This document shows, piece by piece, positions 21,628 through 30,248 of a DNA stretch of 64,000 bases. The stretch covers positions 320,001-384,000 of the forward strand of contig OY730476.1 of assembly GCA_963422735.1 (NCBI GenBank), given 5' to 3'. Source of the DNA: Candidatus Latescibacterota bacterium (GTDB taxonomy: Bacteria; Latescibacterota; UBA2968; UBA8231). The notes below the pieces were generated by a model. The model was not told the origin of the DNA. It did no database searches and was given only the letters and a program-made list of their open reading frames with translations. The number at the start of each line of letters is the position of its first letter. The stretch's first letter is position 1. A program made the translations under genes and the position numbers.

Positions 21628-21906
21628 ATGGACAGTCTTCGGGAATTCTTCACGTCGTCGAGCGGGTTGGCCCCGGCTCGGCAGGGGTTGGGACTCGGGT
21701 GGGTCATCAGCGCTCTTACGGGGGTCGCTATCCTGCTCGGGGCCAAGGAAGCCGAAGCCGGTAGTTGCCCGGGCGAACGGACAGATTGTTCTTGGCATGC
21801 CGGGTGCGCGGAAGTTTATCCGAATGAGCCGTTCCGGTGCTGCACCAAGAAGTTGGACGCCTACTGCGATGTGATTGAAGTAGTAAGTTGCTCCTGTGTG
21901 GCCTAA
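21628..21906 (+). CDS. Cys-rich secreted peptide precursor 1 (92 aa: 44-aa leader, 48-aa 8-Cys core)
   Basis: AAGGAG RBS; MDSLREFFTSSSGLAPARQGLGLGWVISALTGVAILLGAKEAEA-GSCPGERTDCSWHAGCAEVYPNEPFRCCTKKLDAYCDVIEVVSCSCVA; leader shared with 24763 and 40787. Confidence 0.9.
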   Translation: MDSLREFFTSSSGLAPARQGLGLGWVISALTGVAILLGAKEAEAGSCPGERTDCSWHAGCAEVYPNEPFRCCTKKLDAYCDVIEVVSCSCVA

Positions 21907-22062
21907 GACTACCACATCCGATATAAAGAAGATAGATGGGTGGCCGTTACTCAGGCTAAGGTGCTAAAGGTCCGGATCAATCGTAGCGTTTGAGCCGAGC
22001 TCCTCCTTTTTTCCGACTGCTTAGAGACGCTATCTGCCGGAATTGTTGGAAAGGTATGTGCT

Positions 22063-24213
22063 ATGATGTTGCTATGGGCCGTTGTTACAGGTGTTGTGCT
22101 GTGGGGTGGCTCCGCCGAGGCGGTTAGGTGGGATTTCGACGATGGGACAACGCAGGGGTGGTCTGCCAAAGAAGCGCTTATATGGGGTGGGACGCGTGAA
22201 TTGCACCTGTTTCCGGGGGGGGTCGAAGACGGCGTGTGGCGGATCAATGTCGATCCCTCGGTCACCAAGGGTCATTATCTCGCGCCGAGTGTCGAATTGA
22301 TTTCTTCGACCATCGGGTACGATTCAGGTCTATTCGACCAAGTGCGCATCCGGTTCCGCACCGTCCATCACCACCCTACGGTCGGTAATGTTTCAATCGA
22401 GTGGACCAACGAGCACAACGCCCTGTCTTCAGGTTGGGATCCAAAAGATCCGCCGTCTGGAAGCCGGTTTCAAAGCCCCGTACAACCAATCGTTTATACC
22501 ACCGAGTGGCAGGAAGTGGTGCTCTTCTTGGCAGGTCAAGACGAGAAGATATGGCAGGGGCTGTTAAAAGATATTCAGCTAGGTTTTAGACTGGATGAGA
22601 ACAAAACAGGGGCAACTCGGTCGTCTACCGAGGTGGTCGGGTGGTTTGAGATCGACTGGATCGAGTTGACCGGCGTGGAAGAGATGATACAGGGAGAACT
22701 ACCGCCGCCGCACGTAGAGTACTTTCGCTTTGCTGAGGCCAAACTTTTTGCGCCGCCGGTGTTCTATCCGATTGCGCCGGGCATAGGGGAAGACGCTCTA
22801 GGTCTAGATAAGATCGGCGTCTTGGCGGACTTGGATGGCGATGGCGACTTAGACTTTTTCGCCCCCTATAATTACCGTCAACAGGGGCGATGGTGGTCTA
22901 AAACAGGGTGGCTGATGGCCCTCAATGACGGGCAAGGCGTCTTGGAACTAGGGCGTATAGAGGAAGTATCTGCTACAGAGCAGCCTAGTACCGATGCGGC
23001 AACTGGAACGACGACCGTCTCCGGGGTGATCATAGAGGTGATTGGTGCTGATTTGACCGGCGATGGTAAAGACGAAATCGCGATATCTGCAAGCAACAGT
23101 GGGCAAGTGACAGAAGTTTGGTCTGTGGGGCCGGAACTCCAAGTCGAGGTGCTCGTGCAGATAGAGGATCGATGGATCCGAGATGTGGCGGATTGGGATG
23201 GCGACGGCCGGGTCGAACTATTTGTAGGGGATATTACGTTTGAAGGAAGCACGTTAGAGGTCTGGGATGTCGAGCAGGGGGTGTGGGCCGCCGATGAGAT
23301 TGCGACTGCCAAAAACCATGCGCCCGCTCAGATTGGCGACTTTATCGGCGATGGGGCATTAGACGTGTTGTGGCTACCGATCGCTGGGCGAGTGAATACG
23401 TGGATTGTGCAGGCCTTGAGCGAGGAGTTTCAGAGAGGCGAGATATTTGAATTCGATGAGAGGAAAGGGCTGTTAGGGATGGGCGATTTTGATGGCGATG
23501 GACAGGTGGATTTCCTCACCGAATTCGCACTTGATCGAATCGAAGGTAGGAAGGGACTGGTTTTGCAGAGGAAGCGCGCCGGAGATCGCTTAGCAGCCGA
23601 GGTGCTCTACGATGATCGGCTGTTTCTGCGCTCGTCAGTGCGGGTGCGCGACCTCAACGCCGATGGAGTCGAGGACTGGGTATTTATCGGCGGGGATCGC
23701 GCCTCGGGCTTTGGGGTGTTTGTCGAATGGGGCGGGAGCGTCAACCCTACTCAAGCAGGGGAGCGGCATCGTCTGGAGGGCAGTGGGCGATACGTGCTGT
23801 GTGGGGATATGGATAACGACGGCGATCTCGACTTGGTGGTGTTAGATCCGATATGGGGTGGAGTGCATCTGCTCAAGAGTTCACTGGCCGAGCAGCCAAC
23901 GGCGGTGCTGACGCCGGCGGTAGCGCGACCGGTGCAGCATCGGCTGGGCGACAGCTATCCCAATCCGTTCAATCCGGCGGTGGTGCTGCCCCTTGAGTTG
24001 GCAACGGACGCGGCGGGAGTGTCGCTGACGGTGTATGACGTGTTGGGTCGTCGGGTGCGGCGGGTGTGGGACGGGTCGCTGGGGTCGGGAACGCATCGGT
24101 TTACGTGGGATGGCCGCGACGCGGCGGGCAAGGCGGTGGCCGCCGGGGTGTATATCTATCAGGTCGAAATCGACGGGCAGGTGGAAGCGAAGAAGACGAC
24201 GAAGCGGCCTTGA
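22063..24213 (+). CDS. Secreted FG-GAP/VCBS-repeat protein with C-terminal FlgD-Ig/T9SS-like domain, cassette 1
   Basis: Signal peptide (AEA), WDFDDGTTQGW domain, repeated D-x-D-G-D-G motifs, YPNPFNP..WDGRD..GVYIY. Confidence 0.9.
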   Translation: MMLLWAVVTGVVLWGGSAEAVRWDFDDGTTQGWSAKEALIWGGTRELHLFPGGVEDGVWRINVDPSVTKGHYLAPSVELISSTIGYDSGLFDQVRIRFRTVHHHPTVGNVSIEWTNEHNALSSGWDPKDPPSGSRFQSPVQPIVYTTEWQEVVLFLAGQDEKIWQGLLKDIQLGFRLDENKTGATRSSTEVVGWFEIDWIELTGVEEMIQGELPPPHVEYFRFAEAKLFAPPVFYPIAPGIGEDALGLDKIGVLADLDGDGDLDFFAPYNYRQQGRWWSKTGWLMALNDGQGVLELGRIEEVSATEQPSTDAATGTTTVSGVIIEVIGADLTGDGKDEIAISASNSGQVTEVWSVGPELQVEVLVQIEDRWIRDVADWDGDGRVELFVGDITFEGSTLEVWDVEQGVWAADEIATAKNHAPAQIGDFIGDGALDVLWLPIAGRVNTWIVQALSEEFQRGEIFEFDERKGLLGMGDFDGDGQVDFLTEFALDRIEGRKGLVLQRKRAGDRLAAEVLYDDRLFLRSSVRVRDLNADGVEDWVFIGGDRASGFGVFVEWGGSVNPTQAGERHRLEGSGRYVLCGDMDNDGDLDLVVLDPIWGGVHLLKSSLAEQPTAVLTPAVARPVQHRLGDSYPNPFNPAVVLPLELATDAAGVSLTVYDVLGRRVRRVWDGSLGSGTHRFTWDGRDAAGKAVAAGVYIYQVEIDGQVEAKKTTKRP

Positions 24214-24463
24214 GGGGATGCGTCTATGCGACCGTACGCACTCGTATTGGCCTTTGCTCAAGCACCGCAGCGGCTTGGCTCTGATGCGGCCGGGGCTGAG
24301 GGGGCCGGGTTCTCAGTGCTTCGCGGGGCTTGCGGTCCTGCTCGGCGCGCGGGGAGCCGCACGCCGACCGGGAGGGCGCGATCCCTAGGAGTAGCTATAG
24401 CCTCGCTCCGATGGTATGTAGGCGGCATCGAAGGGGCTATGAAAATGGGCGGGGCCTCGGTGC

Positions 24464-24500
24464 ATACGGAAAACCGTATCCATCATACGGAAAATCGTAT
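24464..24500 (+). promoter_or_regulatory. Putative enhancer (UAS) for cassette 2: two ATACG-N6-CGTAT palindromes
   Basis: 24464-24479 and 24485-24500, 21 bp apart. Confidence 0.75.
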
Positions 24501-24621
24501 GCTCCCTAGCACCGACGGCTCCGGCACCGACAAGTAGAAAGCTTTCTCATACATTATAAGTATCATGTTTTTCAATCTGTTAGATGCGTCCTGAAGGATT
24601 TTTTGTTCGGATTCTGCTCGT

Positions 24622-24637
24622 TGGCACGCCATTTGCA
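24622..24637 (+). promoter_or_regulatory. Sigma54 -24/-12 promoter of precursor 2 and probably of the maturation operon
   Basis: TGGCACGCCATTTGCA, an exact match to TGGCACG-N4-TTGCW; IHF-like site at 24570-24582. Confidence 0.9.
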
Positions 24638-24762
24638 TAGCATAACTGTTGAAGGCGCTGCCGATGCCGACGAAAGAAGGTATCGGTCGTTGCTCAACGC
24701 TGACTTCCAGTATGGTATCGGCCTCAGGCTGCGGACGTACTGGGCAACGAAGGAGATGGACC

Positions 24763-25044
24763 ATGGACAGTCTTCGGGAATTCTTCACGTCGTCGAGCGG
24801 GTTGGCCCCGGCTCGGCAGGGGTTGGGACTCGGGTGGGTCATCAGTGCTCTTACGGGGGTCGCTATCCTGCTCGGGGCGAAAGGAGCTGCAGCCGATTGC
24901 GACAAAAGAAAGTGGACAAGGGACTTCGGGTACAGCGCAGGTTGCGACGAGGCCACGAAAGGGGCAGCGGCGAAGATGTGTCAGGACTGTTGGCTGGACT
25001 CGAAATGCAAAACAAGGTGCGGGGGGAACTACTGCTGCGCTTGA
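24763..25044 (+). CDS. Cys-rich secreted peptide precursor 2 (93 aa; 49-aa 8-Cys core)
   Basis: Same leader ending AKGAAA, core DCDKRKWTRDFGYSAGCDEATKGAAAKMCQDCWLDSKCKTRCGGNYCCA; AAGGAG RBS. Confidence 0.9.
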   Translation: MDSLREFFTSSSGLAPARQGLGLGWVISALTGVAILLGAKGAAADCDKRKWTRDFGYSAGCDEATKGAAAKMCQDCWLDSKCKTRCGGNYCCA

Positions 25045-25100
25045 AGGGTATCTGAGACGACCTTAGCTGCTGTAGGGCCGTTTCTCTTGCTAAGGTGTGA

Positions 25101-25140
25101 GGGGCCGGCTTAATCGCTGCGATTGAGCCGGCCCCCTTTT
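25101..25140 (+). terminator. Hairpin (terminator/attenuator-like) between precursor 2 and its FG-GAP gene
   Basis: GGGGCCGGCTTAATCG-CTG-CGATTGAGCCGGCCCC followed by CTTTT; homologous stems at 21966-22012 and 41111-41151. Confidence 0.7.
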
Positions 25141-25200
25141 CCCTTCGTACTTACGGACAGTGCCCAGTCTTCTGGAAATGTCTCTTATGGAGGTAGTGTC

Positions 25201-27360
25201 ATGCTGAAATTTGTCGCTGTTGCATGGGTTGTGCTGGGCAGTAGCCTCGCCGAGGCGGTTAGGTGGGATTTCGACGATGGGACGACGCAAGGGTGGACCG
25301 CCAAAGAAGCGCTTATATGGGGTGGTACGCGTGAATTTAACCAGTTTCTGGGGGGGGTCGAAGACGGCGTGTGGCGGATCCGGATTGATCCGGCCGCTAC
25401 CAAGAGTTTGCACACCTCCAGGTCGGGTGTCGAAGTGATTTCTTCGGCGATCGGGTATGATTCGGACCTGTTCGATCAAGTCCGCATCCGGTTCCGCACC
25501 GTCCATGACCGTCCTACGGAAGGTACTTTTTCTATCGCGTGGGAAAACGCTTCCGATTTTAATCTGGATGCTGAATATGAAGCGTTAACGTCTTTTATAC
25601 ATCTCGCCCAGCAAATAGTCTATACCACCGAGTGGCAGGAATTGGTGGTATCCTTGGCGGGTCAAGCCGGATGGCAGGGCCTGTTAGAAAATATTCAGCT
25701 AAGTTTCATATCTTTTGAAGTGGTCGAGTCGTTTGAGATTGACTGGATCGAGTTGACCGGCGTGGAAGAGATGATACAGGGAGAACGGCCGCCGCCGCCC
25801 GTAGAGTACTACTTTCGCTTTGCGGGGGCCGGCCTTTTTGCGCCGCCGGTGTTCTATCCGATTGCGCCGGGCATAGGGGAAGCACCTATTGGAGGAAGGT
25901 ATCTAGGGGATAAGGTATGGGGCAACGTGTTGACGGACTTGGATGGCGATGGCGACTTAGACCTGTTCGGCCTCTGGAAAACGCGAACGGAAATACCACA
26001 TGGGTATGAGGATAAAGCGGGCTGGCTGATGGCTGTCAATGACGGGCGAGGGGCCTTGGAACGTGGGCCTGTTATAGAAGAAGTAATGGCTGCAGGTTGG
26101 GTGGTCTTAAAGATGCTGAGTGCTGATTTGACCGGCGATGGTAAGGACGAAATCGCGATATCACGAAGCAACCGGGAACCCTCGACCGAAGTGTGGTCTA
26201 TCGGGCCGGAACTCCAAATCGAGGTGCTCGTGCAGTTCGATAGCGGGCTCCATAATGTGGCGGATTGGGATGGCGACGGCCGGGTTGAGTTATTTACGGG
26301 GGGGGCTATGTTTGAAGGCTCTTTAGAGGAAGTGATCGCGGGTACGGCGAAGTTTTCAAGCAGGTTAGCGGTCTGGGAGGTCGAACAGGGCGTGTGGACT
26401 TCCGAGGAAGTGGCGGCTTCCCAAGACTATACGCCCTCTCATATCGGCGACTTTACTGGCGATGGGACCCTCGATGTGTTTTGGGTGCCGATCGCCGGGG
26501 AAGCCCGTGGGATGAACAGGTGGATTGTGGGAGCCTTGGGCGAGGAGCATCAGAAAGGAGAGATATTTGAATTCGATGAACGGAAGGGGCCGTTAGGGGT
26601 GGGCGATTTTGATGGTGATGGGCAGGTGGATTTCCTCACCGAGTTCACATCCCCTCAATTCAAAGATGGCATAGAAAGAATTAGCATAGAAGGTAGTAAG
26701 GGGATCGTCTTGCAGAGAAAGGGAGCCGGGGATCGCCTCGAAGCGGAGGTGCTGTATGATGATCGGCTGTTTCGGCGCTCGCCGGTGATGGTGCGCGACC
26801 TCAACGCCGATGGAGTCGAGGACTGGGTGTTTATCGGCGGGGATCGCGCCTCGGGCTTTGGGGTGTTTGTCGAATGGGGCGGGAGCGTCAACCCTACTCA
26901 AGCAGGGGAGCGGCATCGTCTGGAGGGCAGTGGGCGATACGTGCTGTGTGGGGATATGGATAACGACGGCGATCTCGACTTGGTGGTGTTAGATCCGATA
27001 TGGGGTGGGGTGCATCTGCTTGAGAGTTCACTGGCCGAGCAGCCAACGGCGGTGCTGACGCCGGCGGTAGCGCGACCGGTGCAACATCGGCTGGGCGACA
27101 GCTATCCCAATCCGTTCAATCCGGCGGTGGTGCTGCCCCTTGAGTTGGCAACGGACGCGGCGGGAGTGTCGCTGACGGTGTATGACGTGTTGGGTCGTCG
27201 GGTGCGGCGGGTGTGGGACGGGCCGCTGGGGTCGGGAACGCATCGGTTTACGTGGGATGGCCGCGACGCGGCGGGCAAGGCGGTGGCTGCCGGGGTGTAT
27301 ATCTATCAGGTCGAAATCGACGGACAGATAGAAGCCAAGAAGACGACCAAGCTACCGTAA
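25201..27360 (+). CDS. Secreted FG-GAP/VCBS-repeat protein with FlgD-Ig/T9SS-like domain, cassette 2
   Basis: ATG 25201 after GGAGGT; paralog of 22063..24213. Confidence 0.9.
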   Translation: MLKFVAVAWVVLGSSLAEAVRWDFDDGTTQGWTAKEALIWGGTREFNQFLGGVEDGVWRIRIDPAATKSLHTSRSGVEVISSAIGYDSDLFDQVRIRFRTVHDRPTEGTFSIAWENASDFNLDAEYEALTSFIHLAQQIVYTTEWQELVVSLAGQAGWQGLLENIQLSFISFEVVESFEIDWIELTGVEEMIQGERPPPPVEYYFRFAGAGLFAPPVFYPIAPGIGEAPIGGRYLGDKVWGNVLTDLDGDGDLDLFGLWKTRTEIPHGYEDKAGWLMAVNDGRGALERGPVIEEVMAAGWVVLKMLSADLTGDGKDEIAISRSNREPSTEVWSIGPELQIEVLVQFDSGLHNVADWDGDGRVELFTGGAMFEGSLEEVIAGTAKFSSRLAVWEVEQGVWTSEEVAASQDYTPSHIGDFTGDGTLDVFWVPIAGEARGMNRWIVGALGEEHQKGEIFEFDERKGPLGVGDFDGDGQVDFLTEFTSPQFKDGIERISIEGSKGIVLQRKGAGDRLEAEVLYDDRLFRRSPVMVRDLNADGVEDWVFIGGDRASGFGVFVEWGGSVNPTQAGERHRLEGSGRYVLCGDMDNDGDLDLVVLDPIWGGVHLLESSLAEQPTAVLTPAVARPVQHRLGDSYPNPFNPAVVLPLELATDAAGVSLTVYDVLGRRVRRVWDGPLGSGTHRFTWDGRDAAGKAVAAGVYIYQVEIDGQIEAKKTTKLP

Positions 27361-27365
27361 ACGGC

Positions 27366-27956
27366 ATGGGACAGCCTAAGCATCCATTATACTGGATGTA
27401 CTCCGGTTTAATCCTGCTCTTAATCCCTGCGATTATTGTGCTTGTGGACCGCTATGAAAAGAGCCTCAGCCCCCAAGCGCCCCTACCGCCTGCTCCGCCT
27501 AAAGAAGTTGTGTTGCGCGGTCTCGCCGCGTTTGATTCCACCGCGAGTGCTCTCCACCTAAAAGAAGTGTATCAGGCCGTGCCCGCGCTGCGTTCCGGGG
27601 TGTTGTCAGCCTATCGCGTGCTTACAGACGACGAGGCATTGGCCTACAAGCTAGTCGTCGTTCGCCACGATATTGCCTGTGCTACCTGCCGCGATCTACT
27701 GGTTGGCATCCTCATAGAGCCGAAGGAAGACCGCGTTGCGGCTGTTTGGTCCTTGGCGTCTTGGGAGCTGGCCGACGGCCGCTTCGATCCGACCGCCTTC
27801 TTTGCCCAACTGAGCGGGCGGGCACTCGCTGAGCCTTTGGTTGTAGGCCGGGATATCGATGGAATCACCGGGGCGACCCTGTCCGTAAATGCCTTGGTGA
27901 CCCAATGGAGCCAAGCGGGCACTTGGCTGGCGGAGTCCACGGGAATCACCTTTTGA
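27366..27956 (+). CDS. Membrane-anchored FMN-binding domain protein with CxxC motif
   Basis: N-terminal TM (ILLLIPAIIVLV), CATC, DIDGITGATLS flavinylation-type motif; ATG 5 bp after the upstream stop. Confidence 0.7.
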   Translation: MGQPKHPLYWMYSGLILLLIPAIIVLVDRYEKSLSPQAPLPPAPPKEVVLRGLAAFDSTASALHLKEVYQAVPALRSGVLSAYRVLTDDEALAYKLVVVRHDIACATCRDLLVGILIEPKEDRVAAVWSLASWELADGRFDPTAFFAQLSGRALAEPLVVGRDIDGITGATLSVNALVTQWSQAGTWLAESTGITF

Positions 27957-27969
27957 GGAGTATTGGGCT

Positions 27970-29127
27970 ATGGATATGTTGCTGAATGAGATTGATCTCG
28001 TCTTCTTGCTAGAGTGGGGCCTGCTGTGCTCGATCATGGCTGTTGCCGCCTACACAACTTATACGGACGTCAGCCATAGAGAGATTCCCAATTCGGCTAT
28101 TGGGACTTTGCTCGGTCTGGGGCTGATAGGGCAGATGGGATTGTGGATATTGGGTGAGGTTGCACTCGTATCGATCGGGCTATCATTGCTGCTGGGATTT
28201 GCCGTAGGCTACCTGTTGTTTATGTATGGCTTCTGGGGGGCGGGGGATGCCAAGTTGTATTGGGCCATGGTCGCGGCGATGCCTAGTACGTTGTTTGGTC
28301 AGAAGTGGCCGACTCTCTCCTTGGCCTTTTTTTCGCTAGATACCCCTATTTGGTCCTTGTTGGTCAATACCATTTTGACCAATACCGTTTTTCTTGTAGT
28401 CCTTCTGGTCCTCCATAAACCCGCAAGACCCATCGCAATCTCTGCAAGCGAGCATAGAAAGGGCATGAATTGGGGCTGGCTGCGCTCGGGGTTTGAAGCG
28501 GCAGGATTGAGCGGGTTGGTGTTAGGTGGGACGACGTTGGTCGGCGTGACCTTGACCCTCGCCGAGGCTATCGTAGTGGGGGCTGTGCTCTATTTGATCC
28601 ATGAAGAGCGGACCAAGGCGCCCAATAGAATTATTTGGGTCGTTCCCGGGCTTGTAATCGGTGTCTTTAGCACCATCAGCACCGGGAACTACCTGATCTG
28701 TCTCTTGCTTTGGGCCGTGCTGTGGGGCATACAGACCGTCTATGTGTATATCCACGCTCTCGAGTACCAGAAGTTTGTGCAGCCGGTTTCTATCGATGCC
28801 TTACAGCCGGGCATGGTGCTACATCAGTCGATTTATGAAGCCCCTGCGGAAGGGCGAGTCGAAGTAGTTTCGTTCGGCGAGCAGAGTAGAGATACGCGGG
28901 AGCGAATAGGTCGAATGGGCAAGCCGTTGACCGGGCGAAAAGTGCGCCAGCTAAAAGACCTACAAAAAAAGGGATTGTTCCGCGAATGGGACGATCAGGT
29001 AGAAGTTGAACTGTCGCTGCCCTTTGCGCCGGTCTTGATGGTTGGCGTCGGCCTAACTCTGATATGGCCCGGAAGTATGGTAAGGCCAGTCAATCGGTGG
29101 ATTCAGCCGTTGTTCGATGCGTTTTAG
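27970..29127 (+). CDS. A24-family prepilin/preflagellin peptidase (GxGD aspartyl protease), FlaK/PibD-like
   Basis: YTDVSHREIPN (Asp1), WGAGDAKL (GxGD), multiple TMs, C-terminal LQPGMVL..LPFAPVLMVG; no PilD N-terminal Cys/methylase domain. Confidence 0.85.
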   Translation: MDMLLNEIDLVFLLEWGLLCSIMAVAAYTTYTDVSHREIPNSAIGTLLGLGLIGQMGLWILGEVALVSIGLSLLLGFAVGYLLFMYGFWGAGDAKLYWAMVAAMPSTLFGQKWPTLSLAFFSLDTPIWSLLVNTILTNTVFLVVLLVLHKPARPIAISASEHRKGMNWGWLRSGFEAAGLSGLVLGGTTLVGVTLTLAEAIVVGAVLYLIHEERTKAPNRIIWVVPGLVIGVFSTISTGNYLICLLLWAVLWGIQTVYVYIHALEYQKFVQPVSIDALQPGMVLHQSIYEAPAEGRVEVVSFGEQSRDTRERIGRMGKPLTGRKVRQLKDLQKKGLFREWDDQVEVELSLPFAPVLMVGVGLTLIWPGSMVRPVNRWIQPLFDAF

Positions 29128-29145
29128 GGAAAGGAAAGATACACG

Positions 29146-29700
29146 ATGAAAGCTATGCGCTCGAAACCGCAAGCGACGATGCTGTTGCTGTCAACGGTGC
29201 TGGGCATCCTCTTGGGGACCAGTATATTGTTGGCCACAAAAATCAACAATCCTCCAATCGCCCCAATGGCGACGAGCTTGGAAAACCTGTTGGGTGAACG
29301 CGTCCCGGAGTACAAACTCGAACAACTGAACGGTGCTCCAATCTCGACCCATCTGTACAAGGGCGAATCCCACCTGCTGGCCTTTACGCTGCCGAGTTGT
29401 GATGCCTGTGACACCATGTACCCCATTTTAAGGGAAGCGGCTACAGATATTCCCATTTTGATGATTGCCAATACACGAGAAGGACTGATGGAAAAGGTCG
29501 CCGAACACGCCTTGGCCTTTCCCATTGCTGTAGATACACTGCTGCTGACGATGGAAGAGCTCAACATCACGAATTTCCCGACCGCGCTCTTGGTGGATGG
29601 GGAACAAAGGATCGTCGAGGCCGTCAGGGGCGGCGGCTTCCCGATTGAGAACATTGTACAGTCCGCGCAGAAAGTACTTGAAAAAGAGAGGACACAATGA
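29146..29700 (+). CDS. Membrane-anchored TlpA/MauD-like thioredoxin-fold protein
   Basis: N-terminal TM, PSCDAC, cis-Pro loop NFPTALLVD. Confidence 0.8.
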   Translation: MKAMRSKPQATMLLLSTVLGILLGTSILLATKINNPPIAPMATSLENLLGERVPEYKLEQLNGAPISTHLYKGESHLLAFTLPSCDACDTMYPILREAATDIPILMIANTREGLMEKVAEHALAFPIAVDTLLLTMEELNITNFPTALLVDGEQRIVEAVRGGGFPIENIVQSAQKVLEKERTQ

Positions 29701-30227
29701 GGGCCGATCAAAAGCATTGGAAGATCGCCGGGCTTGTGAGCGTGGTCTTGTTGCTGGTGCTGATTTTCAAGGAGAAGTCTGAGGAACCAGCGGGGATCGT
29801 CTGGAGCGAGGAGGATACGAAGCGTTCTGAGTATCTATCTGAAGGAACAGACGCCCCTGACTTTGAATTGCCCTCTATGCAAGGGGGCCACGTCCGTCTC
29901 AGCCGTTTTAAGGGGCAGCGGGTAGGGCTGATTTTTGTAACCCCTACCTGCCCGTATTGCAACGACTTGGAACGTTACTTGGTAGAGTACGACCTTCCCC
30001 AAGAGAGCCATTTGCTACTGGTCAGCCAAGGTACGAAAGACCAAGTGCAGCAAATCGTCGAAAACCACGACTTGGCGATACCCGTTTTGGTCGACTCAGC
30101 GGGTGCGGTTGCCCAAGCCTACCGGATCGGGGGTGTGCCGCAGTTTTACGTGGTGAGCAAGGAGGGAAGCATTGCTTCTTTTGCGCGAGGGATGCCGCCG
30201 GTATGGGAAGCCGTGCAAAAGCTATAA
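29697..30227 (+). CDS. Membrane-anchored TlpA/ResA-like thiol-disulfide oxidoreductase
   Basis: GTDAPDFELP, PTCPYC, GVPQFYVV; ATGA overlap with the upstream gene. Confidence 0.85.
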   Translation: MRADQKHWKIAGLVSVVLLLVLIFKEKSEEPAGIVWSEEDTKRSEYLSEGTDAPDFELPSMQGGHVRLSRFKGQRVGLIFVTPTCPYCNDLERYLVEYDLPQESHLLLVSQGTKDQVQQIVENHDLAIPVLVDSAGAVAQAYRIGGVPQFYVVSKEGSIASFARGMPPVWEAVQKL

Positions 30228-30248
30228 ACAAGGAGGACACTACGAGGT

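Larger units (their letters stand above)
20428..24878 (+). repeat. Direct repeats of about 1.3 kb (20428-21743 and 23601-24878) defining a tandem cassette with about 3.15 kb period
   Basis: Near-identical FG-GAP 3' end, intergenic region, promoter and peptide leader; identity ends just before the peptide core. Confidence 0.9.

Noticed and set aside
21628-30227. Methylamine dehydrogenase (mau)-like cluster: Cys-rich small subunit, propeller, MauD, MauG
   Set aside because: Cores are under 50 aa, core 3 has no Trp for TTQ, there is no MauE, and the di-heme peroxidase is 13 kb away paired with MbnP.
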